Source of the DNA: a virus
Taxonomy: Duplodnaviria > Heunggongvirae > Uroviricota > Caudoviricetes
Reading direction: 5' to 3' (one strand)
Length of the DNA: 64,000 nt
IMG/VR virus record: IMGVR_UViG_3300046507_000526
Coordinates: 6,193 to 70,192 of that record
In this document: one piece after another, positions 46,395 to 55,310 of the stretch
How the letters are laid out: every line of letters starts with the position of its first letter
Position numbering within the stretch: position 1 is the first letter of the stretch
Notes under the pieces: generated by a model
The model's database searches: none
What the model saw: only the letters and a program-made list of their open reading frames with translations
Told to the model about the DNA's origin: nothing
Made by a program: the position numbers and the translations under genes

Positions 46395-48165
46395 GGTATA
46401 TTTCATCAACGATGATATACAGGAGTATAAGTTCCTGTTCAACTATCCGGCCTTTCTTCGTGAAGGGCCTTATTTTTTCGTACCTGCTAAATGGGCAGTA
46501 GCACGTAATGTGTTCAATCGCCTTAGACATGACGCCCCGAAAAAGACGAAATGGGCAATAGACAAGGATGTACATGAATTTCTTAATACGCAGCCCAAGC
46601 TTAAAGAGATCCCTGAATCATTCAAGTTCTTCACAGAGCCTATGGATTTCCAACGCATTGCGCTTAGATTCATGTACACCGTTGGCAGTGGAGGTATTCT
46701 TCTCGATCCAGGTATGGGCAAATCCAAGGTAACTCTGGATTACATTGCATTACAGGGATTTAAAAGGGTAATGATTGTTTGTCCTAAACCGTTGCTATTC
46801 GTTTGGGAAGATGAAATTGGAATTCATAGACCAGACCTTAGCTTCCATACGGTAAAAACCACTGACTGGGAAAAAGAGAAAGTGGGGATTATGTCCAAGC
46901 AGGTTACGATAATAAACTACAACAAAGCAATCACCTTCGCAGAGGAATTAGCTGAGGTTGGATACGAGTATATCCATCTTGACGAGTTTCTAATTAAAGA
47001 TCCTAAAACGGATCGTACAAAAATACTGACAAAGTTAGCATTGAAAATCCCTTATAGATCTGGGGGATCGGGAACTCTTATTAATAATAGCATTATGGAT
47101 GTGTATTGCCCGGTTAGGTATCTGGAGCCTTCCCTGGTAGGTTTGAATTATAAGAACTTCCTGGATCGTCATGCTGTAAAGAAACTGATGACACGGGGGG
47201 AAGGTGCATCTGTGCAGCAAATTGTTGCTTTTAAAGGAATGGATATTGCTAGATCCGTTCTTGAGTCATGCTCGATAGTTATGACAAAAGAAGAATGGCT
47301 TAAAGGTAAGATTCCTGAAAAGAGATTCCATGATATATACGTAACTCCTTCCCAAACTCAAAAGGAATTAATCGATTCTTTGACTCGTAACTATATTGCA
47401 GAATACAAAGGCGAGTTTATAGAAATAGATAATCCTCTTGTTATGCTGAGTAAACTTTATCAGATTTCAAATGGATTTCTATATAAGGCTGATAAAGAAG
47501 AAACTGGAATGAAGGAGTCTGATGCAATGGCTGTTAATGATCTGGATGATTTGCTTCAAAATACAGATCGTAAAAGACGTCCCAAACGTAAAACGCTGCT
47601 GTTCGATGAACAGCCAAAGATCGAAGCTCTACGTGAACTGGTCTGTAACAAGATCCCTGAACGCAAAGCAATTATATGGTTTAATATGTCAGCCGAATTT
47701 GAACTGATTAAAACCTTGTTGGAGAAAGAAGGTAAGAAATATGAAAGTATTAGGGGCGGGGAAGCGAATATCGGCAAGAAGGTTAGACAGTTTAATGCTG
47801 ATCCTTCGATACAGTATCTGGTTTGTCAAGCCAAGGCTGTCAATTACGGAATTACAGTACTTGGAACGACGATTGAAAAACTCGAAGAAGAAGATAATGA
47901 ATTTGAAATAATGCCAAATATCAATCCTGAGGTTCATACCGAGATATTCTACAGTATGAATTTCAGCTTGGAAGTATATCTACAACAGCAAGACCGTATT
48001 CACCGTATAGGTCAAAAACATGTATGCGATTATTATAGGATTTTCCTTAATACCTCAATTGAGCATCAGATTCGTAAAGCGGCTATTGAGAAAATGACCA
48101 TCAGAGAAGAGATGCTTATTGACATTGCGCATAAACTTCGAGAATCAGATGGTAATTTGGTATAA
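46363..48165 (+). CDS. SNF2-family helicase
   Basis: DPGMGKS, HLDE, GSGTLINN, QQQDRIHRIGQ. Confidence 0.85.
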   Translation: MRIKFNQNKTKVYFINDDIQEYKFLFNYPAFLREGPYFFVPAKWAVARNVFNRLRHDAPKKTKWAIDKDVHEFLNTQPKLKEIPESFKFFTEPMDFQRIALRFMYTVGSGGILLDPGMGKSKVTLDYIALQGFKRVMIVCPKPLLFVWEDEIGIHRPDLSFHTVKTTDWEKEKVGIMSKQVTIINYNKAITFAEELAEVGYEYIHLDEFLIKDPKTDRTKILTKLALKIPYRSGGSGTLINNSIMDVYCPVRYLEPSLVGLNYKNFLDRHAVKKLMTRGEGASVQQIVAFKGMDIARSVLESCSIVMTKEEWLKGKIPEKRFHDIYVTPSQTQKELIDSLTRNYIAEYKGEFIEIDNPLVMLSKLYQISNGFLYKADKEETGMKESDAMAVNDLDDLLQNTDRKRRPKRKTLLFDEQPKIEALRELVCNKIPERKAIIWFNMSAEFELIKTLLEKEGKKYESIRGGEANIGKKVRQFNADPSIQYLVCQAKAVNYGITVLGTTIEKLEEEDNEFEIMPNINPEVHTEIFYSMNFSLEVYLQQQDRIHRIGQKHVCDYYRIFLNTSIEHQIRKAAIEKMTIREEMLIDIAHKLRESDGNLV

Positions 48166-48166
48166 G
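48158..48166 (+). promoter_or_regulatory. TGGTATAAG promoter overlapping the helicase stop
   Basis: TTG GTA TAA G. Confidence 0.7.
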
Positions 48167-48207
48167 AGTATTGGGTAAAACTGTAACTTTTACAGGGCTA
48201 AAAGGAA

Positions 48208-48489
48208 ATGTGGATTTGTAAATTCTGTATTGTGCGCATGAAGAAGAAGGTTCCTGAGGTACTGACCTTTAATGCGTGCGGACAGTGCTTTAACCCGATG
48301 GCGGAATGTGCTGAAGAGTCAGCTCTTTTCAATATTGGATCCTCAAATTGGCATAAGCATACTGAGGAAAACAACCATTCTTCTAGCCCTGCGGATCTTC
48401 CGATTCCGGAGAATGGATTATACCTCTGGCTCAGGCCAATAACTCAAACCAGCAGTAAGACCGACTTAAAAGGCGCTAGCAATGAATAA
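48208..48489 (+). CDS. Small Cys-rich protein
   Basis: CKFC and CGQC pairs, possible Zn ribbon. Confidence 0.4.
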   Translation: MWICKFCIVRMKKKVPEVLTFNACGQCFNPMAECAEESALFNIGSSNWHKHTEENNHSSSPADLPIPENGLYLWLRPITQTSSKTDLKGASNE

Positions 48490-49123
48490 CGCAGAAATGA
48501 AACACATTTTCAACGAAGAAGCTATCAACAACGCTGTCAATGCGGCAGTCGTGGGTTGGATGGCAAAGAACCCGACGCATACGTCTGAAGAACGTGCTGC
48601 AGTATCCGACAGCATCCGTGCAAACATCCTCTCCTCGCGGACCAAGGACAAGTTCCTGAATTCCAAAGCGAATCGCTCGGCTCGGCGTGCACATGTCGCT
48701 GAAGAAGTGGCGAAGCATGGTCTGCAGTTCACGACGGCAACGGATCTGGCCGAAGTCGACGACACGTTCCGATTCACGGACGAAGAAAGTCGTGGTATTC
48801 CGCTCCTGTCGATACTCATCGAAGAGTTCGTCAACAGTTTCGGAATGACGAAACAAGTCGAACGTGCAGTGACGTTCTGCTTCAAGGCCGAAGAAATCGG
48901 TTACGGCCACATCGGCATCAAGGTTGCAATGTCCTTCCAGAATCCGGCGGATGAACCGGACTCGCTGGTGGCACGAGAATACGCCTTGTCCAGGTTCCTG
49001 GATGGCAAGTTCGTCGAAGTTGCAGTACCGAAGCTAGCCGTCGAAAAGCTCGGCCTCAATCGCGTTATCCGTGAATGTCTGAATTCCGACGTTCCGGCGC
49101 GGTACATAGCGAAGTATCTGTAA
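48482..49123 (+). CDS. Hypothetical protein
   Basis: 213 aa, GC-richer codon usage. Confidence 0.6.
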   Translation: MNNAEMKHIFNEEAINNAVNAAVVGWMAKNPTHTSEERAAVSDSIRANILSSRTKDKFLNSKANRSARRAHVAEEVAKHGLQFTTATDLAEVDDTFRFTDEESRGIPLLSILIEEFVNSFGMTKQVERAVTFCFKAEEIGYGHIGIKVAMSFQNPADEPDSLVAREYALSRFLDGKFVEVAVPKLAVEKLGLNRVIRECLNSDVPARYIAKYL

Positions 49124-49254
49124 CAAAGTTTCGGGGGCGGGGAGACCAAAATTCCCCTCCGAATTGCTCTACGGGACCGCCAATCCAATAAGAGTGTAGT
49201 TTCCTGGCATAATAACCTTGTAGTAAAAACCAAACCTTTCTCAGGAGAAGCACC

Positions 49255-49791
49255 ATGCGTAAATTCAACAAGTTCGTAGCAGCAATCGCTCTGGCATTCG
49301 GCGCAACGGCAGCAATGGCAAATCCGGTCGGCGATCACGGCAATCAGGTCGCTGGTGGTTCGGTGTCGGGCGGCCTGTCCGTCGGCGGCGAATACACCCT
49401 GGGCACCGTGTCGGGCGCAGTTTCGGCAAACAGCTCGACGTCGGGCAACGCAGTGTCGGCAACCCGTGTGAACGGAAACGGCTACAGCGCTCAGCAAACG
49501 ACGTCGGTTGGCGTGGGTTCGGCTACCGCTGGCATCAACGTGACGCCGACTTCGGTGACGACCGTGACCGGTCAAACCGCATCGTCCAACGTGGTGTCGG
49601 TCGGCGTGTCGAACGGCAATACCCCGGCAACGGATAGCAGCGGCCTGATCGTCAACGGCACCGCTGGCGTGGCACAAGTCACGAACAACGCTGCAGCCAC
49701 GGCAACGCAGACGTTCGTCGGCGCAACGGGTCAGCTGGGCATTGCTGGCACCGCTGGCTATCAGGCAACCGGCGCTCTCGCAGGCTGGTAA
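49255..49791 (+). CDS. Secreted low-complexity (G/S/T/A/V/N) beta-rich protein
   Basis: Sec signal peptide ending AMA; AGGAG RBS; C-terminal Trp; variant promoter TGGCATAAT at 49205. Confidence 0.75.
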   Translation: MRKFNKFVAAIALAFGATAAMANPVGDHGNQVAGGSVSGGLSVGGEYTLGTVSGAVSANSSTSGNAVSATRVNGNGYSAQQTTSVGVGSATAGINVTPTSVTTVTGQTASSNVVSVGVSNGNTPATDSSGLIVNGTAGVAQVTNNAAATATQTFVGATGQLGIAGTAGYQATGALAGW

Positions 49792-49873
49792 GCAGGGCAG
49801 TAGGCAAGTAAGGACCAGGCGGATCGGGGAACTGATCCGTCTTTCATAACAACAAGCTTGGGGTAGTGAAATC

Positions 49874-50569
49874 ATGAACAAGAAAATCATTGTTGCTTTG
49901 GGCATTGCTCTGAGCTTTGCTGTCAGCGGTGCATATGCACAAATCAGCGCAGGTTCCACGAGCACCAACACCAATGGTTCGCAAAGCACTTCTGCGAATC
50001 AAGGTGTGAATCAAGGTATTACGTTTAATTCGGTTACGCCGACTGAAACGACGGTTCACGAACACATCAGTGGCATCACGGGCTCCAACCAGTCCATCGG
50101 TCTGAGCGGTTACGCTGGCTCGTTTTCTCCCAATTACTGCGGTGGTACAGCACAAGCGGGGGTGAGCGCCCCGTACGTTACCATCGCTGCAGGTAAGCCG
50201 GTTCTTGGCGAACCCGGCGTCGCCTGTGTCACGGAAGTGGCATCGGTCCATACGATGGAATTTTCGGCCACGTATGGCACAGCCGCTGCAAAGGCCGCTC
50301 AAGCTGGAAATAGTGAATTGGCCAAGCAGTATGCGGATATGTCCGGTAAGCTTGCAAACGCTGCTGTGAACATGCAGTGCAGCGTTTCGGACATCGTTCG
50401 TAAAAGCATGCGTGATGCTGGTATCAATTGTCCGCTGTCGGATGCTGAGAAATCGGCAAAGTCGGCTGCGGATGCAGAGCTGGTCAAGAAGGAAGTTGTT
50501 GCACGAGGCGAGTCCCTGGACCCGTTCGTGCGTCGTCGTGAAGGCCTGCCTGTACTGGCAGCGCAATAA
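49874..50569 (+). CDS. Secreted protein with four Cys
   Basis: Signal peptide ending AYA; S/T/N/Q-rich N-part; C..C..C..CP pattern. Confidence 0.75.
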   Translation: MNKKIIVALGIALSFAVSGAYAQISAGSTSTNTNGSQSTSANQGVNQGITFNSVTPTETTVHEHISGITGSNQSIGLSGYAGSFSPNYCGGTAQAGVSAPYVTIAAGKPVLGEPGVACVTEVASVHTMEFSATYGTAAAKAAQAGNSELAKQYADMSGKLANAAVNMQCSVSDIVRKSMRDAGINCPLSDAEKSAKSAADAELVKKEVVARGESLDPFVRRREGLPVLAAQ

Positions 50570-50644
50570 CAGGGCTAGGGCAGGATACATAAGAACTTCT
50601 GCCCTGTTCTGAATTCTAATATAACTTGTCAAAGGTAATCGACC

Positions 50645-50998
50645 ATGAAAATTCTGAATCTGTTTTCCCGTAAGAACAATCTCATCGAAGACGGCGTAGT
50701 TCTCGACAAGCAATTCAAACCCAGTCTGCCGCTGGACATCTACCAAGAACTTCCCCCGATGCCGATCAGCAAGGTCGGACCGAACGGCGAAGGCCTCTTC
50801 AAGATGATCGCCGACGCATATCCCGAGGGCGTGCTCTATCCGCAAGCTCGGGAAAATCGTATCAAGTTGTATCAAGCAATTCACTTCCTTCGTACGACAA
50901 GTTCCACACCGTGGGTGTACGACGTGGAAGAACCTGCCTATGTAGCTAAGGTACCTTTGCTTACACGTGTTGCACGCACGCAACACATGGTGCACTGA
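50645..50998 (+). CDS. Hypothetical protein
   Basis: 117 aa, followed by a terminator at about 51027..51060. Confidence 0.55.
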   Translation: MKILNLFSRKNNLIEDGVVLDKQFKPSLPLDIYQELPPMPISKVGPNGEGLFKMIADAYPEGVLYPQARENRIKLYQAIHFLRTTSSTPWVYDVEEPAYVAKVPLLTRVARTQHMVH

Positions 50999-51084
50999 AG
51001 CAGGGTGAATGGGTTAAACTCATTCAAAGGGCTCTCGACGTAAGTCGCCGAGCCTTTTTTTATTCACTTATGGAGGTTTACCTA

Positions 51085-51738
51085 ATGGCTTACATCCGAC
51101 GATGGGTAGGTGTTTTCTCTGCACTAGTAGTATCGGTGCTACTCTCGGCGTGCGGCTCACAAGAAGTCAAACTTGATACTCAAATCAAAACGCCTGTTTT
51201 ATCAACAACCCCTCTCAGCAGTTCAACCGACGTAATAACCGTTTTCCAGCAGCAAAACTTCTCCTTGACGGGACTTGGGAATCTTCCAGATCCTACTTTT
51301 GAAGAAGATCAACATACGTTACGCTTGATCCAATTTGTTGCAAGTAGATTCAATAAGCCGGAATCGCTCATCTCAAAGATAGTTCATTATGCGCAGAAAT
51401 ACGCACGAGATGATTTTCCGAAAACGGAAGACATCCTCGCTATCATAGCGGTGGAGTCTACTTACAACACTAACGCACGTCATCGGGGCTCATGGGGCTT
51501 GATGCAAATAGAAGCCAAATCTCACCGGAGTAAGTATTCTGGTGGAAATTTGACAAGCATCGATACGAATATTCGTGTCGGTTCAGAGATACTGAATGAA
51601 TACTATGTCTCAACGGGATCCAGATCGAATGCGATCATGGCATACAACGTTGGCATAGGAAGCTTTCTAAAGGGTCGACGGCCTCACGAGTACCTGAGTA
51701 AGGTAAACCGTGAACGGGACGCTCTAAGACGCATCTGA
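51085..51738 (+). CDS. Lipoprotein lytic transglycosylase (SLT)
   Basis: GGAGG RBS; lipobox LLSAC; IIAVESTYN, WGLMQI, AIMAYNVG. Confidence 0.85.
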   Translation: MAYIRRWVGVFSALVVSVLLSACGSQEVKLDTQIKTPVLSTTPLSSSTDVITVFQQQNFSLTGLGNLPDPTFEEDQHTLRLIQFVASRFNKPESLISKIVHYAQKYARDDFPKTEDILAIIAVESTYNTNARHRGSWGLMQIEAKSHRSKYSGGNLTSIDTNIRVGSEILNEYYVSTGSRSNAIMAYNVGIGSFLKGRRPHEYLSKVNRERDALRRI

Positions 51739-51760
51739 CGTCAATACGGCTACCCTGACT

Positions 51761-51769
51761 TGGTATAAG
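51761..51769 (+). promoter_or_regulatory. TGGTATAAG promoter
   Basis: Exact motif upstream of 51812. Confidence 0.75.
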
Positions 51770-51811
51770 AGTATTGGGTATAACAATATTTTTTGGAAAG
51801 GTGAGTTCCAA

Positions 51812-52045
51812 ATGAACATGATCAACATTGACGGACGTCATATCCTCGAAGGTCAGAAAGCTCAGAAGTTTGACGCTCGAATGAGAACTGCCTTCTTTGC
51901 TGTTGCGACGGTGGTTATCGTGGGTCTTGCCGCAACGTACAACAATTATGTCCGTCTTCCGGAGAAAGCCGTGTGTGCCAACTCGGCTCAATCCTCAAAG
52001 CTGGATGCGAAATTCTCTGCATACTACGTAGAGTGCAATCGCTAA
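51812..52045 (+). CDS. Small single-TM protein
   Basis: TAFFAVATVVIVGLAA; two periplasmic Cys. Confidence 0.6.
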   Translation: MNMINIDGRHILEGQKAQKFDARMRTAFFAVATVVIVGLAATYNNYVRLPEKAVCANSAQSSKLDAKFSAYYVECNR

Positions 52046-52061
52046 CAGCCAGGAGGCTGTC

Positions 52062-52220
52062 GTGTTAACCTTCATAGCTAAATTTATAATCATTCTGCTA
52101 TTTCTCGGAGTCTTGATGATCGTTGCTGGCGCTATGATAGTCTCGGCGATAGCAGGAGGAATTGCAGGATTATGCTCATATTTCTTCGGTGGGAAATCCC
52201 ACACCGACGATATAGACTAA
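52062..52220 (+). CDS. 52-aa membrane protein (not in ORF track)
   Basis: AGGAGG RBS, GTG start, nearly all hydrophobic; terminator follows. Confidence 0.6.
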   Translation: MLTFIAKFIIILLFLGVLMIVAGAMIVSAIAGGIAGLCSYFFGGKSHTDDID

Positions 52221-52325
52221 GAAGGCGCTCCGAATTCTGGAGCGTCTTTTTTTATTGGCTTTAAAATCCGAGGCCTTTTTTTAGCTTAATAATCAAGTAT
52301 AGGCTAACCTCCGGAGTGCTTAAAG

Positions 52326-52652
52326 ATGGACAAAATTAAACCCAAAGATTACAATAAGATGCCAACCAAGGTGAGGGTACTTGGTAAGAATTTCAAAATC
52401 GTTGAAATGCAAGAAGGCGTGGATGAAGACGCAGACGGTTTATGCAAAATCGCTGAACAGGAGTTGCATGTAAGGCTTCAACCAGCAATTTCGTATTGTC
52501 AAGACACGCTTTTACATGAAACGATACATGCTATCGACGAGACATTAGTCTTGAAAATGTCAGAAAGACAGGTAAGTAATTTAGCCAGTGTTCTTCTGGC
52601 TGTATTTAAGGATAACCCCGAATACATTAAATGGATTTTGCAAGATGAGTAA
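52326..52652 (+). CDS. HExxH metallopeptidase-like phage protein
   Basis: DTLLHETIHAI. Confidence 0.6.
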   Translation: MDKIKPKDYNKMPTKVRVLGKNFKIVEMQEGVDEDADGLCKIAEQELHVRLQPAISYCQDTLLHETIHAIDETLVLKMSERQVSNLASVLLAVFKDNPEYIKWILQDE

Positions 52653-53319
52653 CGAAAACAGTAAGCGGCCAGAAGTATGGTTCATTCATGGCGCTAATGC
52701 AACACCGCTATCTTTTACCCATATTCAGGAAGGGCTCAAGAATAGTGACGGTATAGAAAGTATGAAATTTGTGAATGTACGATATGATTGTCAAGATCCT
52801 ATCTCTACAACTACTGAGATAATTGCAGATAATTTACCAAGTAATACTCCAGTGTATCTAGTGGGACATAGCTTAGGCGGCGTATTAGCTGTAGCAGTTT
52901 CTCAACGCGTTAAACATTTCGGTCTAAGCAAAGATATCAAAGCAGTTGTCACATTAGCTTCACCTCTAGGTGGATGCGAAGGAGCAGATTACCTTCAATG
53001 GATGTTCCCTCACTACCATCTATTCAAAAATATATCTACGAAAAATAGGGTGATCAATGATTTACGAGCAGTAGGTGCCGTAGTTCCTACTTTGAGTTTC
53101 ATTACAACTTCAGGTAATAATCCTATCTACCCAGAAGCTAATGATGGAGTAGTAACTGTAAATTCCCAGAGAGCGCTTGTTAATTCCAAGAAAATAGAAG
53201 CTCCCTATAATCATTTTGAAGTTTTACTAAGCAGCGATATTGTTGAGCATATAAAGAACGTGATTATCAACCCTGAAACTGTTTTTGGATTAGGCTTCGA
53301 TGTCAAGGAAGCGAATTAA
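52645..53319 (+). CDS. Alpha/beta hydrolase (lipase/esterase)
   Basis: FIHGA oxyanion loop, GHSLGG nucleophile, NDGVV, NHFE triad. Confidence 0.85.
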   Translation: MSNENSKRPEVWFIHGANATPLSFTHIQEGLKNSDGIESMKFVNVRYDCQDPISTTTEIIADNLPSNTPVYLVGHSLGGVLAVAVSQRVKHFGLSKDIKAVVTLASPLGGCEGADYLQWMFPHYHLFKNISTKNRVINDLRAVGAVVPTLSFITTSGNNPIYPEANDGVVTVNSQRALVNSKKIEAPYNHFEVLLSSDIVEHIKNVIINPETVFGLGFDVKEAN

Positions 53320-53321
53320 TT

Positions 53322-53330
53322 TGGTATAAG
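53322..53330 (+). promoter_or_regulatory. TGGTATAAG promoter
   Basis: Exact motif upstream of 53355. Confidence 0.75.
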
Positions 53331-53354
53331 CCTCTTGTAAACATAGGAGGCATT

Positions 53355-54611
53355 ATGCAAATTTTTCATGTAGTTCCGGATAAAGAATGTCGAGATAATC
53401 ATCTTTTAGCTATCGGAAGTGATGCTTATAACAAAATCAGGTACAGGGCTGGCTTTCGCGGTTCTATACCTGGTTGGATTTCTAATCTTAAACGGGACCT
53501 TTTGCAAAAACAGAACGGCACATTTGTAAGTGAAAGAAAAGAGAGTGGGCGAATACTGAGCCCTGCAGCAGCTGGTCTAAGGCGAGATTTTAAAGACTGT
53601 GTATATACCAATCTTCACTTTAAATCAAAAACGTTTGAGTATAATGCAACGACTTACGAATTCAAAGTTAATGGCAAATATGTCGCAACGTTAGATTTTG
53701 AAAAAGGTGTGGTGGGACATTTTTCTATTCAATATATAAATGATAAGTATAGTCGTTATAGATTGAGAGATTTGGGTATTCGTCTAATTTCAAAAGATGG
53801 AAAAACATTTTGGAAATTCGGGGTCGAAAAAGGATACTATGATTACCTCATGTCTATCCATGGATCTTTAGCAAATTTACGTAAATTCTTTAAACCGGTA
53901 TTTCCAACTATAAAAGTTGAGAAGAAGGGTGATATCGATGAGGAATTAATTGATTATGTAATTGTTTTTGTATGCGAATTACGTAACGATATTAAATATC
54001 CAGTATGCCCTTCTGCTGAATTGCATTCGTTTTATGTAGGTGGGAATTCTTCATTCGGATACGTAAGTGGTATATTCCATAATTACAAAGAAGAGTACGG
54101 CTCGATATCTAAGGTAGATACCAAGAGTGAGTCATATAAGAGTTCTGAACGATTCACGACAGAACTTAACAATATACTTCTAGTTCCTGAGCAAGAACGT
54201 ATTTATCATTTAAAAATGCTGCTTACGTCTTCTCTACAAAATTTCAATATAATTATACATTTAAATAGATCATTGAAAAACAGAAGTATTTGGACGTATT
54301 CTACTTACGGAGTAGATATCTCTATGGATACCCTGAAGAGGGAAGTAAAACTGGAGGATAAAAATACCGTAGTAGTAGCATCCTTCGATGAATTAGAAAT
54401 AGATAGATACTTCAAAGGAGACAAACTTGTATTTATTCCTGAGAGCACCTGGGAACTTGTACAGCTAAAAGATGAATGTACTGCTCCTGATACCTTAACC
54501 ATTAACGTTAACACCGAAGAGGGACTGATACCATTGCCTCTTCATCATAGATTTTTCAGAACAAATGATATACTTGAAAAACTGGTTGGCAAAGAGTTGC
54601 TAATCGGATAA
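53355..54611 (+). CDS. Hypothetical protein
   Basis: 418 aa, AT-rich, AGGAGG RBS. Confidence 0.55.
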   Translation: MQIFHVVPDKECRDNHLLAIGSDAYNKIRYRAGFRGSIPGWISNLKRDLLQKQNGTFVSERKESGRILSPAAAGLRRDFKDCVYTNLHFKSKTFEYNATTYEFKVNGKYVATLDFEKGVVGHFSIQYINDKYSRYRLRDLGIRLISKDGKTFWKFGVEKGYYDYLMSIHGSLANLRKFFKPVFPTIKVEKKGDIDEELIDYVIVFVCELRNDIKYPVCPSAELHSFYVGGNSSFGYVSGIFHNYKEEYGSISKVDTKSESYKSSERFTTELNNILLVPEQERIYHLKMLLTSSLQNFNIIIHLNRSLKNRSIWTYSTYGVDISMDTLKREVKLEDKNTVVVASFDELEIDRYFKGDKLVFIPESTWELVQLKDECTAPDTLTINVNTEEGLIPLPLHHRFFRTNDILEKLVGKELLIG

Positions 54612-54632
54612 GCTGTAGTTTTTGAGGTAGTT

Positions 54633-55139
54633 ATGGAAGAGATTTACAAACTTACATCCAGAGGTCTTGACGAGTACCTCGAAAATGAGAAATATGTCCA
54701 AGCTGAAGATCTTATCTCTGCTTGTAATTTGAATATCCTAAGCTCATCAGTTGGGATTATGTGTTCGATGTACGAGGTTAGAGGTCTGGGTGAAAAACCA
54801 AATGATAAAAACATACGCAAAGATCTTCAAATCATAGTAGAGCATATAGGTATTCTCGCTCATTGCCTTGATATTGAAATTCCTGAACTGGAAGAGCTTG
54901 AGGAATATTTCGAAGACGAAGTAATGATGTCATTGAAAATGGATGTAACTATGGCATGTACAAACATTAACTTCATTACTTCTAACATTACACTTGAATA
55001 TTTCTCTACAGAATTCGGTGACGAAGACCTGGTTGACAAAGATATGCTCCAGGTTGGAATCCTTGATATGATTACTTCTGTAATGGCTATGTGCAGTAGA
55101 CTTAAATACGATTTTATCGATGTAATCGTCCGTGGTTAA
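54633..55139 (+). CDS. Acidic helical protein, possibly degenerate MazG-like
   Basis: IRKDLQIIVEHIGILAHCLDI resembles the MazG helix but lacks ELGD. Confidence 0.35.
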   Translation: MEEIYKLTSRGLDEYLENEKYVQAEDLISACNLNILSSSVGIMCSMYEVRGLGEKPNDKNIRKDLQIIVEHIGILAHCLDIEIPELEELEEYFEDEVMMSLKMDVTMACTNINFITSNITLEYFSTEFGDEDLVDKDMLQVGILDMITSVMAMCSRLKYDFIDVIVRG

Positions 55140-55152
55140 AACCTCGGGTTTT

Positions 55153-55161
55153 TGGTATAAG
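55153..55161 (+). promoter_or_regulatory. TGGTATAAG promoter
   Basis: Exact motif upstream of the DinG gene. Confidence 0.7.
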
Positions 55162-55310
55162 AATGTTGGGAAAGGCTATCGCTGATCATTGAACGCTCAC
55201 CTCGTTCGATTTCCAGTCTGTCGCCAAGGTTGGCACGCTAAGGCGCTACTATCAATACCCGTTGGTAAGATAGTCCTTTCCCGCTTTCTAATTAATCTGG
55301 TGAAACATCC

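Noticed and set aside
48901-50995. Long minus-strand ORFs 48901..49989 and 49844..50995
   Set aside because: Antisense shadows of GC-rich plus-strand genes that have RBS and signal peptides; translations are Arg/Cys-rich with no motifs
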